This document shows positions 1 to 11,579 of a stretch of DNA of 64,000 nucleotides, piece after piece. Source of the stretch: Mobula hypostoma (taxonomy: Eukaryota); contig NC_086097.1 of assembly GCF_963921235.1 (NCBI RefSeq), positions 61,010,001 through 61,074,000 on the forward strand, in the 5' to 3' direction. The translations under genes and the position numbers were made by a program. How positions within the stretch are numbered: position 1 is the stretch's first letter; each line of letters starts with the position of its first letter. The notes beneath the pieces were generated by a model, which worked only from the letters and a program-made list of their open reading frames with translations, made no database searches and was not told the origin of the DNA.

Positions 1-74
1 CTGAGGATCTAACTGCATTTCATTGGCTTTGTATCTGTACTCGGCACAATGATAATAAAGTTGAATCTAATCTA

Positions 75-735
75 ATCCTGCCTGTTCCCAACATATTGAT
101 GCAGCTATAAAGAAGACAAGACAGTGGCTATATTTCATCAGAGTTTGAGAAGATTTGGTTTGTCACCTAAAACACTCAAAAACTTCTGTAGATGTACCGC
201 GGAGAGCATTCTGACTGGTTGCATCACTGTCTGGTATGCTGGGGGCAGCGGGGTGCTACTGCACAGGATCGTAATAAACTGCAGAGAGTTGTAATGTTAG
301 TCAGCTCCATTTTGGGTACTAGCCTCTGTAGTATCCAAGACATCTTCAGGGAGTAGTGCCTCAGAAAAGCAGCTTTCATTATCAAGGGCCGCCGCCACCC
401 AGGACATGCCCTTCTCATTGTTACCATCAGGAAGGAGGAACACACTGAGTGTGTCCGAAGGTACACACTCAGTGATTCAGAAACAGCTTCTTCCCCTCTG
501 TTAAACGATTCATAAATGAACATTTGGCCCATAAACACTACCTCACCACTTTCTTCTAATTTCTGTTTTTTGCACTACTTATCTGAATTGAAATATTTAA
601 TATACATATATACATACTGTAATTCAGGTTTTTTTTTTAAATTTATCATGTATTGCATTGTACAGCTGCCACTAAGTTACCAAATTTCACGACATAGGCC
701 AGTGATATTAAACCTGACTCTGATCATGGTCGTGC
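75..735 (+). mobile_element. Rex1/Babar-type LINE, 3' fragment
   Basis: Similar by eye to the 3' part of the longer copy at 3380-4000 (aagaagacaagacagtggctatatttc...agagtttgagaagatttgg; gtactagcct; ends aaacctgactctgat). Confidence 0.7.
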
Positions 736-859
736 AATCCATGTTATATAGTCCCTTCATAATTCTGTTATGTAGCATTGTAAGGGTTAGCATAATGTGT
801 AGCTGCACAAAACAAGGTGTAATTGCATGTTTTTGATCAGATTAAATGTGAACCAGCAC

Positions 860-1287
860 AAGCCTACCTGTCATCAAGGACATATATATGAAAAGGTGTC
901 GGCAAAGGGCCAGTAACATCATGAAGGATCGCACCCACCCTGCTCATGAACTGCTTGTTCTACTCCCATCAGAGAGGAAACTAGCTAGCCATCCATGCCA
1001 GAACCATCAGACTCAAAAAGAGTTACTTTCCCCAAGCAATAAGGCTGATGATCAACACCTCCACACACTAACCCACCACTCCACACCCCCAATGACACTA
1101 AGTTTATGATTTCCTGTCACTCACCTTATGTACAGATAGCATTGTGCCTAACGTCACTTCATGGACATAAAATCAATCAATGTATGTAAGCTACTTGTGT
1201 GATTATGTTAATAGTGTTTTCTTATTATTATTGTATTCTTTATGTTATTGTGATTTTTTTATGCTGCATCAGAACCAGAGTAACAAT
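860..1287 (+). mobile_element. Rex1/Babar-type LINE, short 3' fragment of a different subfamily
   Basis: Translates to RCRQRASNIMKDRTHPAHELLVLLPSERK, typical of the Rex1-type ORF2 C-terminus, followed by a 3' UTR-like AT-rich tail. Confidence 0.6.
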
Positions 1288-1289
1288 TG

Positions 1290-4000
1290 GGGATGTTAGG
1301 ACCGCATACGTCCTTAGTTTCACGGAATCCTGGTTAACCCCTTCTGTACCGGATGCAGCAATTCGGTTCCACAGGTTTACCAAAGATCATCAGGATAGAT
1401 CTATGGTGTCTCTCAAAAGCAGAGGTGGAGGAGTATGCCTCATGATCAACTCCTCTTGGTGCAGAAATATATCAGAGCTGTCCCAATTCTGCTTACCAGT
1501 CCTGGAACATCTTGCACTTAAATGCTGACCATTTTACCTACCACGAGAGATTTCCGTGGTTATTTTGGTAATGGTATAAATTCCAGCTGAGGCCAACGTT
1601 AATCAGGTTTTTGATGATCTGAACAATGGGATCAACATGCACGAAACAACACACCCTAATGCCTTCACCATAATTTTGGGGGATTTTAACCAGGCCAGTC
1701 TGAAAAAAATCACTAAACACTTACCATCAACAGATCACTTGCAATACCAGAGGAAACAACACACCGGACCTTTGTTACACCGCCATCAAGAATGGCTACC
1801 GTGCTATTCCACGCCCTCACTTCAGGAAGTCTCATCACCTGACTGTACTTCTACTCCCTGAGTATAGGCAGAGACTGAAGACTACAGCAACAGTAGTGAG
1901 GACCAAGAAGCTATGGACAAGGGAAGCACAGAAGTGCTTACAGGACTGCTTTGAATCGGTGGACTGGACTGTATTCAGGAATTCATCTTCAAACCTGGAT
2001 GAGTATGCTGCAGTTGTTAACAAATTCATTAAAACCTGTGTGGATGAGTGTGTTTCTCCAAAGACCTGCTGTACATTCCCAAAAGCCGTGGATAAACCAA
2101 GAGATACATCATCTGCTGAAGGTTGGATCTGTGGCATTCAAGGTGACCCAGGTCTGTACCAGAAAACCAGGTATGACTTGCGGAGGGCTATTTCAGGGGT
2201 AAAGAGACAACTTTGAATGAGGTTGGAGACGAGATCAGATATATAACAACTCTGGCAGGGTTTGCAAGACATTACTTCCTACAATGCGAAACCCAATAGC
2301 ATGAATGGCAGCGATACTTCACTACCAGATGAACTCAACACCTTCTGTGCCTACTTTGAAAGCGAGAATATAACTACAGCTGTGAAGATTCTTGCTGCAC
2401 CTGATGACCCCTGTGATCTCTGTCTCAGAGGCCAATGTTAGGCTGTCTTTAAAGAAAGTGAACCCTCGCAAGGTGGAAGGTCCCAATGGAGTACCTGGGA
2501 ATGCTCTGAAAACCTGTGCCAAACAAGGACAATGCCCTTGAGTATTCATTTTCAACCTCTCACTGTTATGGGTGGAAGTTCCCACTTGCTTCAAAAAGGC
2601 AACAATTATACCAGTGCCTAAGAGGAATAATGTGATCTGCCTTAATGACTATTGCCCAGTATTACTCACATCTACAGTGGTGAACTGCTGTGAGAGGTTG
2701 GCCGTGACTAGATTGAACTCCTGCCTCAGCAAGGACTTGGACACATTGCAATTTGCCTATCGTCACAATAAACCAATGGCAGATGCAATCTCAGTGGCTC
2801 TTCACATGGTCTTGGATCATCTAGACAATACAAACACGTATGTCAGGATGCTGTTCATCGACTATAACTCAGCATTTAACACCATCATTCCCACATTCCT
2901 GATTGATAAGTTACAGAACCTGGGCCTTTCTACCTCCCTTGACAATTGGATCCTCGATTTCCTAACTGGAAGACCACAATCTGTACGGAGTGGTGATAAC
3001 ATTTCCTCCTTGCTGACAATCAACACGGGGCAACTCAGGGGTGTGTGCTTAGCCCACTGCTCTACTCTATCTATGCCGATGACTGTATGGCTAGGCATAG
3101 CTCAAATACCATTTATATATTTGCTGATGATACAACCACTGTTGGTAGAATCTCAGATGGAGATGAGAGGGCATACAGAAACAAGAGATATCAACTAGTG
3201 GAGTGGTGTCCACTCCACAACTTTGCACTCAATGTCAGTAAGATGAAAGAGTGGATTGTGGACTTCAGGAAGTGTAAGACGAAGGAACACATACCAATCT
3301 TCATAGAGGGGTCAGAAGTGGAGAGAGTGAGCAGTTTCAAGTTCCTGTGTGTCAAGATCTCTGAGGAACTAACCTGGTCCCATCATATCAATGCAGTTAT
3401 AAAGAAGGCAAGAGATTGACCATACTTCATTAGGAGTTTGAAGAGATTTGGTGTGTCAACAAGAACCTCAAAATCTTCTATAAATGTACTGTGGGGGGCA
3501 TTCTACAGGCTGCATCACTGTCTGGTATGAGGGTGCGAGCTACTGGACAGGATTGAAAGAAGCTGCAGGGGGTTATAAATATAGTCGGCTCCATCTTTGG
3601 TACTAGCCTACAAAGTACCCAGGACGTCTTCAAGGAATGGTGTCTCAGAAAGGCAGCATCCGTTATTAAGGATTTCCAGCACCCAGGGCATGCCCTTTTC
3701 TCACTGTTACCATCAGGTAGGAGTACAGAGGCCTGAAGGCACACACTCAGCCATTCAGGAACAGCTTCTTCTCCTCTGCCATTTGATTTCTAAATGGACA
3801 TTGAACCCTTGAACACTACCTCACTTTTTTAATATATATTATTTCTGTTTTTGCACATTTTTAATCTATTCAATGTACATAAACTGTAATTTATTTATTT
3901 ATTTATTTATTTATCTTTCTTCTATATTACGTATTGCATTGAACTGCTGCTGTTAAGTAATTTCATAACACATGCCGGTGAAAATAAACCTAATTCTGAT
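1290..4000 (+). mobile_element. Degenerate Rex1/Babar-clade LINE, nearly complete ORF2 (APE endonuclease + RT), frameshifted
   Basis: APE motifs FTESWL, RGGGVCLMIN..WC and ILGDFNQA (1290-1860). RT motifs ATIIPVPK, LQFAYR, FIDYNSAFNTI, LSPLLYSIY, FADDTT and FKFL (2570-3420). These are split across several ORF-track frames, and the 3' end reads aataaacctaattctgatt. Confidence 0.85.
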
Positions 4001-5292
4001 TTTGTCCTCCTTTACTCTTGTGTACTGAAAATGACATTAAAAATAACAATAAACAATCTTGAATCTGGAATACAATTTTGAAATAAAAGATTGAATAGTA
4101 TATAGTTTTTATTGGGTACTAATACCTGCTTGAATATTTCTTGATAGGTGATTTTTATCCTGTAAAAATATAAAAATATAAAAATAAAAAATATAAAAAA
4201 TAAAGGATTCAAAAGTGTCACTATCTGTGTAATAATGACAGCTCTGAGAAGAAGTTTTTGGACAGTGCAGCAAGAAGGAGTGGACTGTTTTCCTTCAGCA
4301 TAAATAAATAAATTGTGATAGACTGCCAACAACATAATGTTTCTATTTGTAGATCCCTACACAAACACTAACAATCACTTCTGCTAACTTACATCAATAT
4401 GGTTCAGTATAAACTTACACATTTATTGCAAACTCAAAACTCACATTGATAGCTAATCTTTCAAATCACAGCAGGTATGTTACTTGAGTACATTGCAACA
4501 TCTATATCTTTCTTTTTGGTAGGAAAAGACAGCAGCAAATCAACGTGAGGGCATATTTGGGCCTTTAGGTTGCAGCAGGCACAGAGTGTTTTGAAGTTTA
4601 TAACCACCAGAGACTTCAGTGGGTGGCAGTGCTGAGACCAGTGAAGATAACAATATGCTCCCACTCAATTCCTCCCCCTCTTATTTCTTTATGTTTCTCA
4701 CTCCATGCACTTCTGAGTTGCCAGCCCTAGAAGTTCAAATCAACGTCTTCATTCCACCACCATGACTTTGTGCTTTTTCTGCTATCAGGTGGTCAAAAAC
4801 TTAAACCTATCTAGGTCCCAGTACTGAGAATGAGGGCAGTCAACAAAGAAGTAGCTCCCTAATCCTTGAATGCTTACTGCCATTAGTTCAGATAACAGTA
4901 CATCAAGCACATACATGTGGCACAAAAATCAAAATGAAATACAGATACTAGAAATCTAAAGTAAAAACAGAAAATATGATGAAAACAGAGACTGTGAAGA
5001 TATTTAAGGGAGATGTAGACAGGTTCTTGATAAGCAAATGGATAAAAGGTACTATGGGCTGACAGGAACGCCTGTCATGGTTCGGTCCGTGAAGTCCGTA
5101 TTCCGGTTCACGGTCCGGTCCATTGACCCTTGCTCCAGGTTTTCCTGTCTACTCTGTTTCTGTCCTTGTTGAGCTAATTGAGGCAGCTGATGCTCGTTGG
5201 GGCTGGCTGCATAAATACCTCCAGAGACCAGGGCTTGGCTGCTGGATTGTTCTTTTCCTTGTATGCCTTCCTCTGTCTTCTGTTTCCTTGGC

Positions 5293-5463
5293 TGAAGCCT
5301 TGCCTTGTTTTGCCGGTAACTCTCACCTCACCTGAAGTCCTCGTTTTGCCTTTCATTGCCTGAAGCCTTGCCTTGTCTTGCTGATAACTCACGCCTCGCC
5401 TGAAGTTCTCGTTTTGCCTTGCATTGCCTGAAGCCTTGCCTGGTCTTGCTGGTAACTCTCGCC
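5293..5463. repeat. ~68-bp tandem repeat, ~2.5 copies
   Basis: tgaagccttgcc(t/g)tgt(t/c)ttgc..taactc..cctgaag.. recurs at 5293, 5361 and 5429. Confidence 0.85.
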
Positions 5464-5640
5464 TTCAGTCTTGTCCTGGAGCCACCCTGTACCTAGCTCC
5501 ATTCCTAACCCTTGCCTCCATTGGGTAAGCCAGGCCGTCTTGCCGTTACCTGCGGTTGGTTCTGTCCCTTCCTGTTCCATGCCTCCATTGGGTGGTGAAC
5601 CGCGCCCTGCCCAGGAGTACCGTGCCCTGCCCGGGAGGAG

Positions 5641-6036
5641 CCTGCCTAGCCTCAGGCCTGAAGGCTCCAGCCTCCTGCCTAGCCTCAAGCCTGAAGGCTC
5701 CAGCCTCCTGCCTAGCCTCAAGCCTGAAGGCTCCAGCCTCCTGCCTAGCCTCAAGCCTGAAGGCTCCAGCCTCCTGCCTAGCCTCAAGCCTGAAGGCTCC
5801 AGCCTCCTGCCTAGCCTCAAGCCTGAAGGCTCCAGCCTCCTGCCTAGCCTCAAGCCTGAAGGCTCCAGCCTCCTGCCTAGCCTCAAGCCTGAAGGCTCCA
5901 GCCTCCTGCCTAGCCTCAAGCCTGAAGGCTCCAGCCTCCTGCCTAGCCTCAAGCCTGAAGGCTCCAGCCTCCTGCCTATCCTCAAGCCTGAAGGCTCCAG
6001 CGTCCTGCCTAGCCTCAAGCCTGAAGGCTCCAGCCT
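5641..6036. repeat. 33-bp minisatellite, 12 copies (cctgcctagcctcaagcctgaaggctccagcct)
   Basis: Directly visible. Units start at 5641, 5674 ... 5971 and 6004, and only the outer copies carry single substitutions. Confidence 0.97.
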
Positions 6037-9000
6037 CATCGTGCCTGCCTGCCAAGCCTCCTCCTTGTCTAGTTCTGGGGTCCGAGCCAGAGGCAAGATC
6101 CAGGTACTGGGTTCTTGTCCAGTCTCTGGCTCGGAGTCCAAGCCCGGGCTCCTAGCTCTCCTGTCCAGTCCTGTTCCGGGTTCCCGGTTGTCGTGTCCAT
6201 GTCTTGCCCTCACCTTGTATCCTAGTTCTGTCCCTAGTCCTTCAGTATCTGTGTCTTGCACTTGGGTCCATTCCCAGCCACCGCCTTATGACAATGCCAT
6301 ATTGAGATTGCAGACCAAATAAACAGGTAATGATTAAGCAGGGTCCAGGCGTTGAGTGACCTACTCCTGTCTCTAACTTTTATGTTAATATATTCATGTG
6401 AAAACTTTCTTTATGTCAGCACTACCCCATCACCAATGATCCTACTGATGTCTAAAAATTGTTCCTCTGTGTGTTAAATAGTCACTTCCATTCTGAGTAG
6501 CCACTTCCAGTGGAAGTAAGCATTCTTCCACCAATCTGCTTCTAACGGTTGGGGGACAACTGCAAAGCAGCAGGACATTTTTGTACCTCTGCTCTCTCTT
6601 GCACCCAGCATTTGCTCTAACCTTCTGATCTCCCTGACTTTGGCTCATCATCGATTTCTTTGTCAAATTGTGCTGTGGAATATTTGTATTTGTTTCGGGA
6701 GTCTATAAATGCTTGCAGTTATCTAGGTGGACTGTAGATGAACCAAATAGCCTTCCCATTCTAATCGCAACCTGAATCTCATTGTAGAATTTTAAACTTC
6801 CTGATGCTGACTGATTAGTCGTGAAGTATTATGCAATACAGAATTTTTGTCAGTGCAAGAAAATTTCCATCCAATTAAGTGACACATTCAATGTAACAGA
6901 ACAATTTCATTATTTCCTTTGAGTACTACTTTCCAATATTTTTAACTACACTGTGTCATTTAGCCAATCCAAATTAAAACAAAAAAAAAAATTGCAGGAT
7001 TCACAAACAGATCTGTTAAGCCCACAGGATTTCTACAATAGCTAGAATTTCTGTAATGCATTGCAATATATAATTAAAAAATCTCATGATAGCCTCAATT
7101 AGCATAGGTGTGGAACCAGCAACAGCAGAAAAACTGATGAGATGTCATGAGCTATAAAACAAAAAGCTGCCTCTCAGAGAAGAAACTTAATTCATCTGTG
7201 CAAGTAGTTCTTAAAAAAAAATGGTTGACTAGCTAACACAGATAGACAACCATAAAGACCTGGCATTCCAGATTGCCAAATAATTATGTATTAAGAAATG
7301 ATCTATAAATTCAGTGGTGTTCATTGTAATGTTTGAACTGTTAAGGTATTATTTTACTGATTTGTTAAAAAAGGTTATAAATTAAAATGTTTATATAAAT
7401 GAGAGAGCAACCACCATGACATGCGATTAATTTGGTACTGGTCCTAAATTATCATAATTTTTAGTGTAAGAGCACTACTAGCATTGTTACCTAACTACTT
7501 ATCTAAAGGGTGTAGTAATGATGCAGAGACAGATATTCAAAGCCCAGATGATGGGAATTTCAGTTTCAATTAAATCTGGAATATACTTTTTTTCCAATCT
7601 AATAACCATATTGCAAGTGACTTGTCATAAAAGCTCATGCAACAAATATAGGTTCTGTAGGGAAGAGAATCTGCCCTCCTATTTAACCTGGCCTATGTAA
7701 AACCAAATGCACAGCACTGGATAACAAGAAAATACCCTTTTATAAGATCCAACCAGCATTAAGCGCACTAAATACATTATGAAAATCAAAACAAACAGCA
7801 CCACTGGACACAAAAATACATTCATTCATTAAACCTAGCAAAACCTTCTTCATGACAATCTGCAGAATCATCCTAGATGACTTTTTCTTGCACAAACCTC
7901 TGAGAGTGTCCCACTATCCTTGCAAACATACCTCTGTATAGAGCAGCCAGGAGTCACAATGGGGGAAATAATTTAGATGGAGTGGTTGTGGAAGTTGCCA
8001 TCTGAACAAGGATGGACATGTATCTCCTGCAGATTGTCACCGATCAAGGAATCAGTAGTCTCTGCTGAAGACACGTTGGATGAAGTAAGGTAGCCTGATT
8101 AAAGAATGTACACTGGAATTATTTCCTGTTGCAAAAAAAAAATCATTTGGAGTTTGAACTACTGATTAACACATGAAGAGCAGTGGCACCACACTTGCGC
8201 TACAGCAGTTGGTGAGAATGAGTGAAAAACCTGTTTCCTCTTATTTTCACGCAAGTACATTCAGCAGCCCTTGGCAACGTTAGGAGCATTACACAACTCT
8301 GTGGAAAGAAAGCCATGTTTCCTCATTGAAAGCAATCTCTTTTATGTTGCATGACACTACCACTGCATTACATAAGGGATTCAGAACAGATCCAGCAGAT
8401 CAACACTCAGCTTTGAAAAGTCTAATAATTGCATCCCACCAGAATTCAACTTTAGGACTTGGCACGCCATCCTCCATTAAGCCAACAAAATCAACACTGA
8501 GGAATGAAAGCAAGAATGACAAGAATAGAACTAGGTGCATCAGTAATGAGGTGGCAACCTGACAAAACTACAACACAGGTGCGCAAGCAGCCTAAACAAA
8601 AGCAGGAGGCTATAAACTGTTTTTAATAATCTTGCAATCAGGACCAAATTCAGTCTTAAATTGTGATTATAAGCAATTAAATATGAAGAGACACCATGAA
8701 CTTTTCCACCTCAACCATAGTGGAGCCCAGTATTCAAATGCAAGAGGTAAGTATGGAACATTTCTAACCATCATCTAGCGCAGGAATCAACCTCTACCTC
8801 TTCACCATCAGAGAGCTCAATTCCACTCATTCCACACGATGAATCTGCTTTAGTACATGTCCCAATCTTTAACAGTAACTTTAGTGTAGCACTGAATACT
8901 TGTGCTTCAGTGCTGGCCATGTGAATGCCATTGTCCATCCTGGTTTGCAACTCACCCTATATATCCTAACCACAAAAGGAGGATACATCCAGTGTATTAC

Positions 9001-9308
9001 CTCTAGTCTCAGAGGTGAATGGTGCTATCACTAGCGCTATCAAATACTCACTGACAACAATGTGTTCACTTTTCCTTGTTCTGTATCTTGTTAGGCTTTC
9101 TATACCTCACATATTATTGCAACTCTGGTGCAAAATAGTATTCAACAGTAAGGCAATTTAGAAACATACACTAAAATTTTTACTTCTCTTGAGATTAAGA
9201 CAGAACTGAGCCTGGAACCAAGGAAGAAAGAAGCCTGCTAAGGTAGGAGTCAATATGCAGAGAGTTACAGAAGGCTCCCCAGTGGTTATTGCATTATCTG
9301 GTAAAAAA

Positions 9309-9470
9309 TAGAACATAGAACAGTACAGCACAGTACAATCCCTTTGGTTCACGGTGTTGTACCAATGTTTTAACCTAATCCAAGATCAATCTAAGCCTTC
9401 CACCCCACATAGCCCTCAATATTTCTTCCATCTATATGCCTAAGAGTTTCTTAAATGTCCCTGATGAATC
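9309..9470 (-). mobile_element. CR1 LINE 3' end fragment
   Basis: The tail tagaacatagaacagtacagcacag is the reverse complement of a CR1 3' terminal repeat. Confidence 0.6.
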
Positions 9471-9619
9471 TGCTTACTGGATAGGTTAACTGGTCATTGT
9501 ATATTGTCCTGTGATCAGGTTAGAGTTAAATCACGGTTGTCAGGGGATGCTGCGGCAGCACTGTTTGAAGGGCTGGAAGGGCCTACTTCGTGATGCATTT
9601 TTAAATAAAATAAAATGAA

Positions 9620-9900
9620 GAGTTCATTCAGGCTCGTAAGGCATGATCTACTCATCACAAAGCCATACTGACTATCTCTAATTAGACTATGCTTTTCTAA
9701 ATGCTCATAAATCCTGTCTCTAAGAAACTCTCCATTAGATTTCCTCCAACTGATGTAAGACTCACTGGTCTATAACACCTAGGATTAACCCTGTTACCTT
9801 TCTTAAACAAAAGAATAACATTTGCTGTCTTCCAATATTCTCGCACTACTCTTGTAGCGAGTGAGGATACAAAGGTAATCACCAAAGGCACAGCAATCTA
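9620..9900 (-). mobile_element. CR1 LINE RT fragment
   Basis: WKTANVILLFKKGNRVNPRCYRPVSLTSV on the minus strand. Confidence 0.8.
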
Positions 9901-10419
9901 ATTAGTAGAGTTTGCCAAGTAGTTATGATCACTTTATTTATTTTGATAAATATAGATTTTTGTTTATTCTGTTCTAATTGCCTCCTTTCTTGTAAAAATT
10001 ACACTTAATATATGTTTCTGTTTTTCTTTTGAGTATCACTTATACTGTGATGCTGCTGCAAGTAAGTTTTTCATTGCACATGGACTTGTGTGCATGACAA
10101 TACACTTGACTTTGACCTTATTGTTATCACAGAACTGTGAAATTCACACATTTTCTATTTCACAAGATCTCCAGATATGGGCATCCCTAAATGAGAGACT
10201 TGATTCAAAGCTGAGATTGCTTTGATGAGGAAGTGTAACCAAAGTAAATTCTAACAGGTGACTACAACATATAATATATACTGCTGACTCTCAGCAGTAG
10301 TTGTTTCATACGTCCTTAACCACTCATGTCTGTCACCTAAAAGAACAAAAGCAGCAGGAACATGAAGATATTATCACTTGCAAGATGTCCCTTATCATTT
10401 TGATTTGAAAATATTCCAA

Positions 10420-11578
10420 TGTGCTTAGCCCTCCGCTCACTCATAATTTATCCAAAAGACCTTTGCTCCATAACATATCATAATCTTTTTCAATATCAAA
10501 CAATACTGCCAACAGAACTCCTTTATTTACCTGTGTTTTCCTAATATCGTCTTCCAAACATAAAACTGAATCCAATGTCATTCTACCCTTCTGAAATCAG
10601 CACTGATAAAACACTATATCACCTCTATTTTCCAAAATATAATCCAATCACTCTATTGCCATATGTTTCATAAGTTTACACAATTGATAACGATCTGACG
10701 GGAGTTTCCCAGGTTTTAGAACAGGCACTCCTAAGGCCATGAGGAGGGAAGATGGCCTAAACTCCAAATATGATTCAAACTTTTAAATATTATCTCAAGA
10801 GAGTTGTCAGCCATACGTTTAAACGTACAATAACATATATCTTTTCCTGGAGCCGTCTGACCTCTACTATTAGTAGCTTTCTTAAAATCACACAAAGAAA
10901 ACTCTACATCACTAATTCCAACATTGCTCAGCTAGCTTCCAACACATCAGAATATTCACTTAGAACCTTGTCCCTAATTGTTTAGCCTCTCCAGTTAAAT
11001 TATCTTGATTATGAATTGCAACAAATGACTAAACCTCTATTTTTATAAGGCAATATAGATACTATCATTTTGCCATGTAAAGTCTTCAAACGTAATGCCT
11101 TCTCACACTAATTCTTATCCTTACAAATGACTAACACATTACCTGCTCTTAAAGTACAAACACAATCTATGTATATCCCCTATAGCCAATTTTAACTCTG
11201 TAGTTAATTTCATGGGTTTGATAGAGGGCAGCTGTTCTGGGTCAAATTTAAACAATACCTTGAAGTCTTCTTTTCCTTTTTCAGAATATCCTGCCCTTCC
11301 CCTCCATCAATTGGAATCGTTACAAAATTACGTTGCTTTCTCTGTTTTCCAGATCTAGAGTCAACTTCATTCCAACCTCCTCCCGCCAAACCGCATTCAC
11401 CCGAACCCTTCATTTGCAGTTCCTATTCCAGATCTTTCCCACCTATCTAAACCTGTAATATTTCCCAACATCTTCAAACCATTCGCAGCCTGTGTAACCA
11501 ACTGCCATTCCTCCGAGCCTACAACCTACGAGCTTTCTCGATCTCTCTTCCAAGCTCTCTCAGCCAGCCCAGTTCTTC
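10420..11578 (-). mobile_element. Nimb/I-type LINE fragment, inverted relative to the adjacent copy
   Basis: The minus strand encodes remnants VPVLKPGK...DIRKTQVNK...FDIEKDYDMLWSKGL (10440-10730), homologous to 11595-11905 on the plus strand. Confidence 0.65.
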
Positions 11579-11579
11579 C

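Larger units (their letters stand above)
5073..6293. mobile_element. Solo LTR (TG...CA) with internal tandem repeats
   Basis: Terminal inverted repeat TGTCAT...ATGACA. 5-bp TSD acgcc (5068-5072) / atgcc (6294-6298) with one CpG-type mismatch. GC-rich compared with the flanks, with a TATA-like cataaata near 5210. Confidence 0.75.
4985..6380 (+). mobile_element. Old CR1 LINE 3' end, split by the solo LTR at 5073-6293
   Basis: atatttaaggggagatgtagacaggttcttgataag lies before the LTR and gagtgacctactcctgtctcta after it, matching the CR1 3' ends seen elsewhere in the window (e.g. 22107-22285). Confidence 0.55.

Noticed and set aside
5641..6036. CRISPR-like array
   Set aside because: Units are contiguous with no unique spacers, there are no cas genes, and the context is eukaryotic.
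5389..6322. Long ORFs (290, 283, 199 and 169 aa) on both strands
   Set aside because: They arise from the stop-poor 33-bp minisatellite inside a solo LTR; overlapping frames on both strands and no domain.
6624..6674. Possible 51-nt minus-strand exon (QFDKEIDDEPKSGRSE)
   Set aside because: Weak polypyrimidine tract, too short to identify, and no partner exons found.
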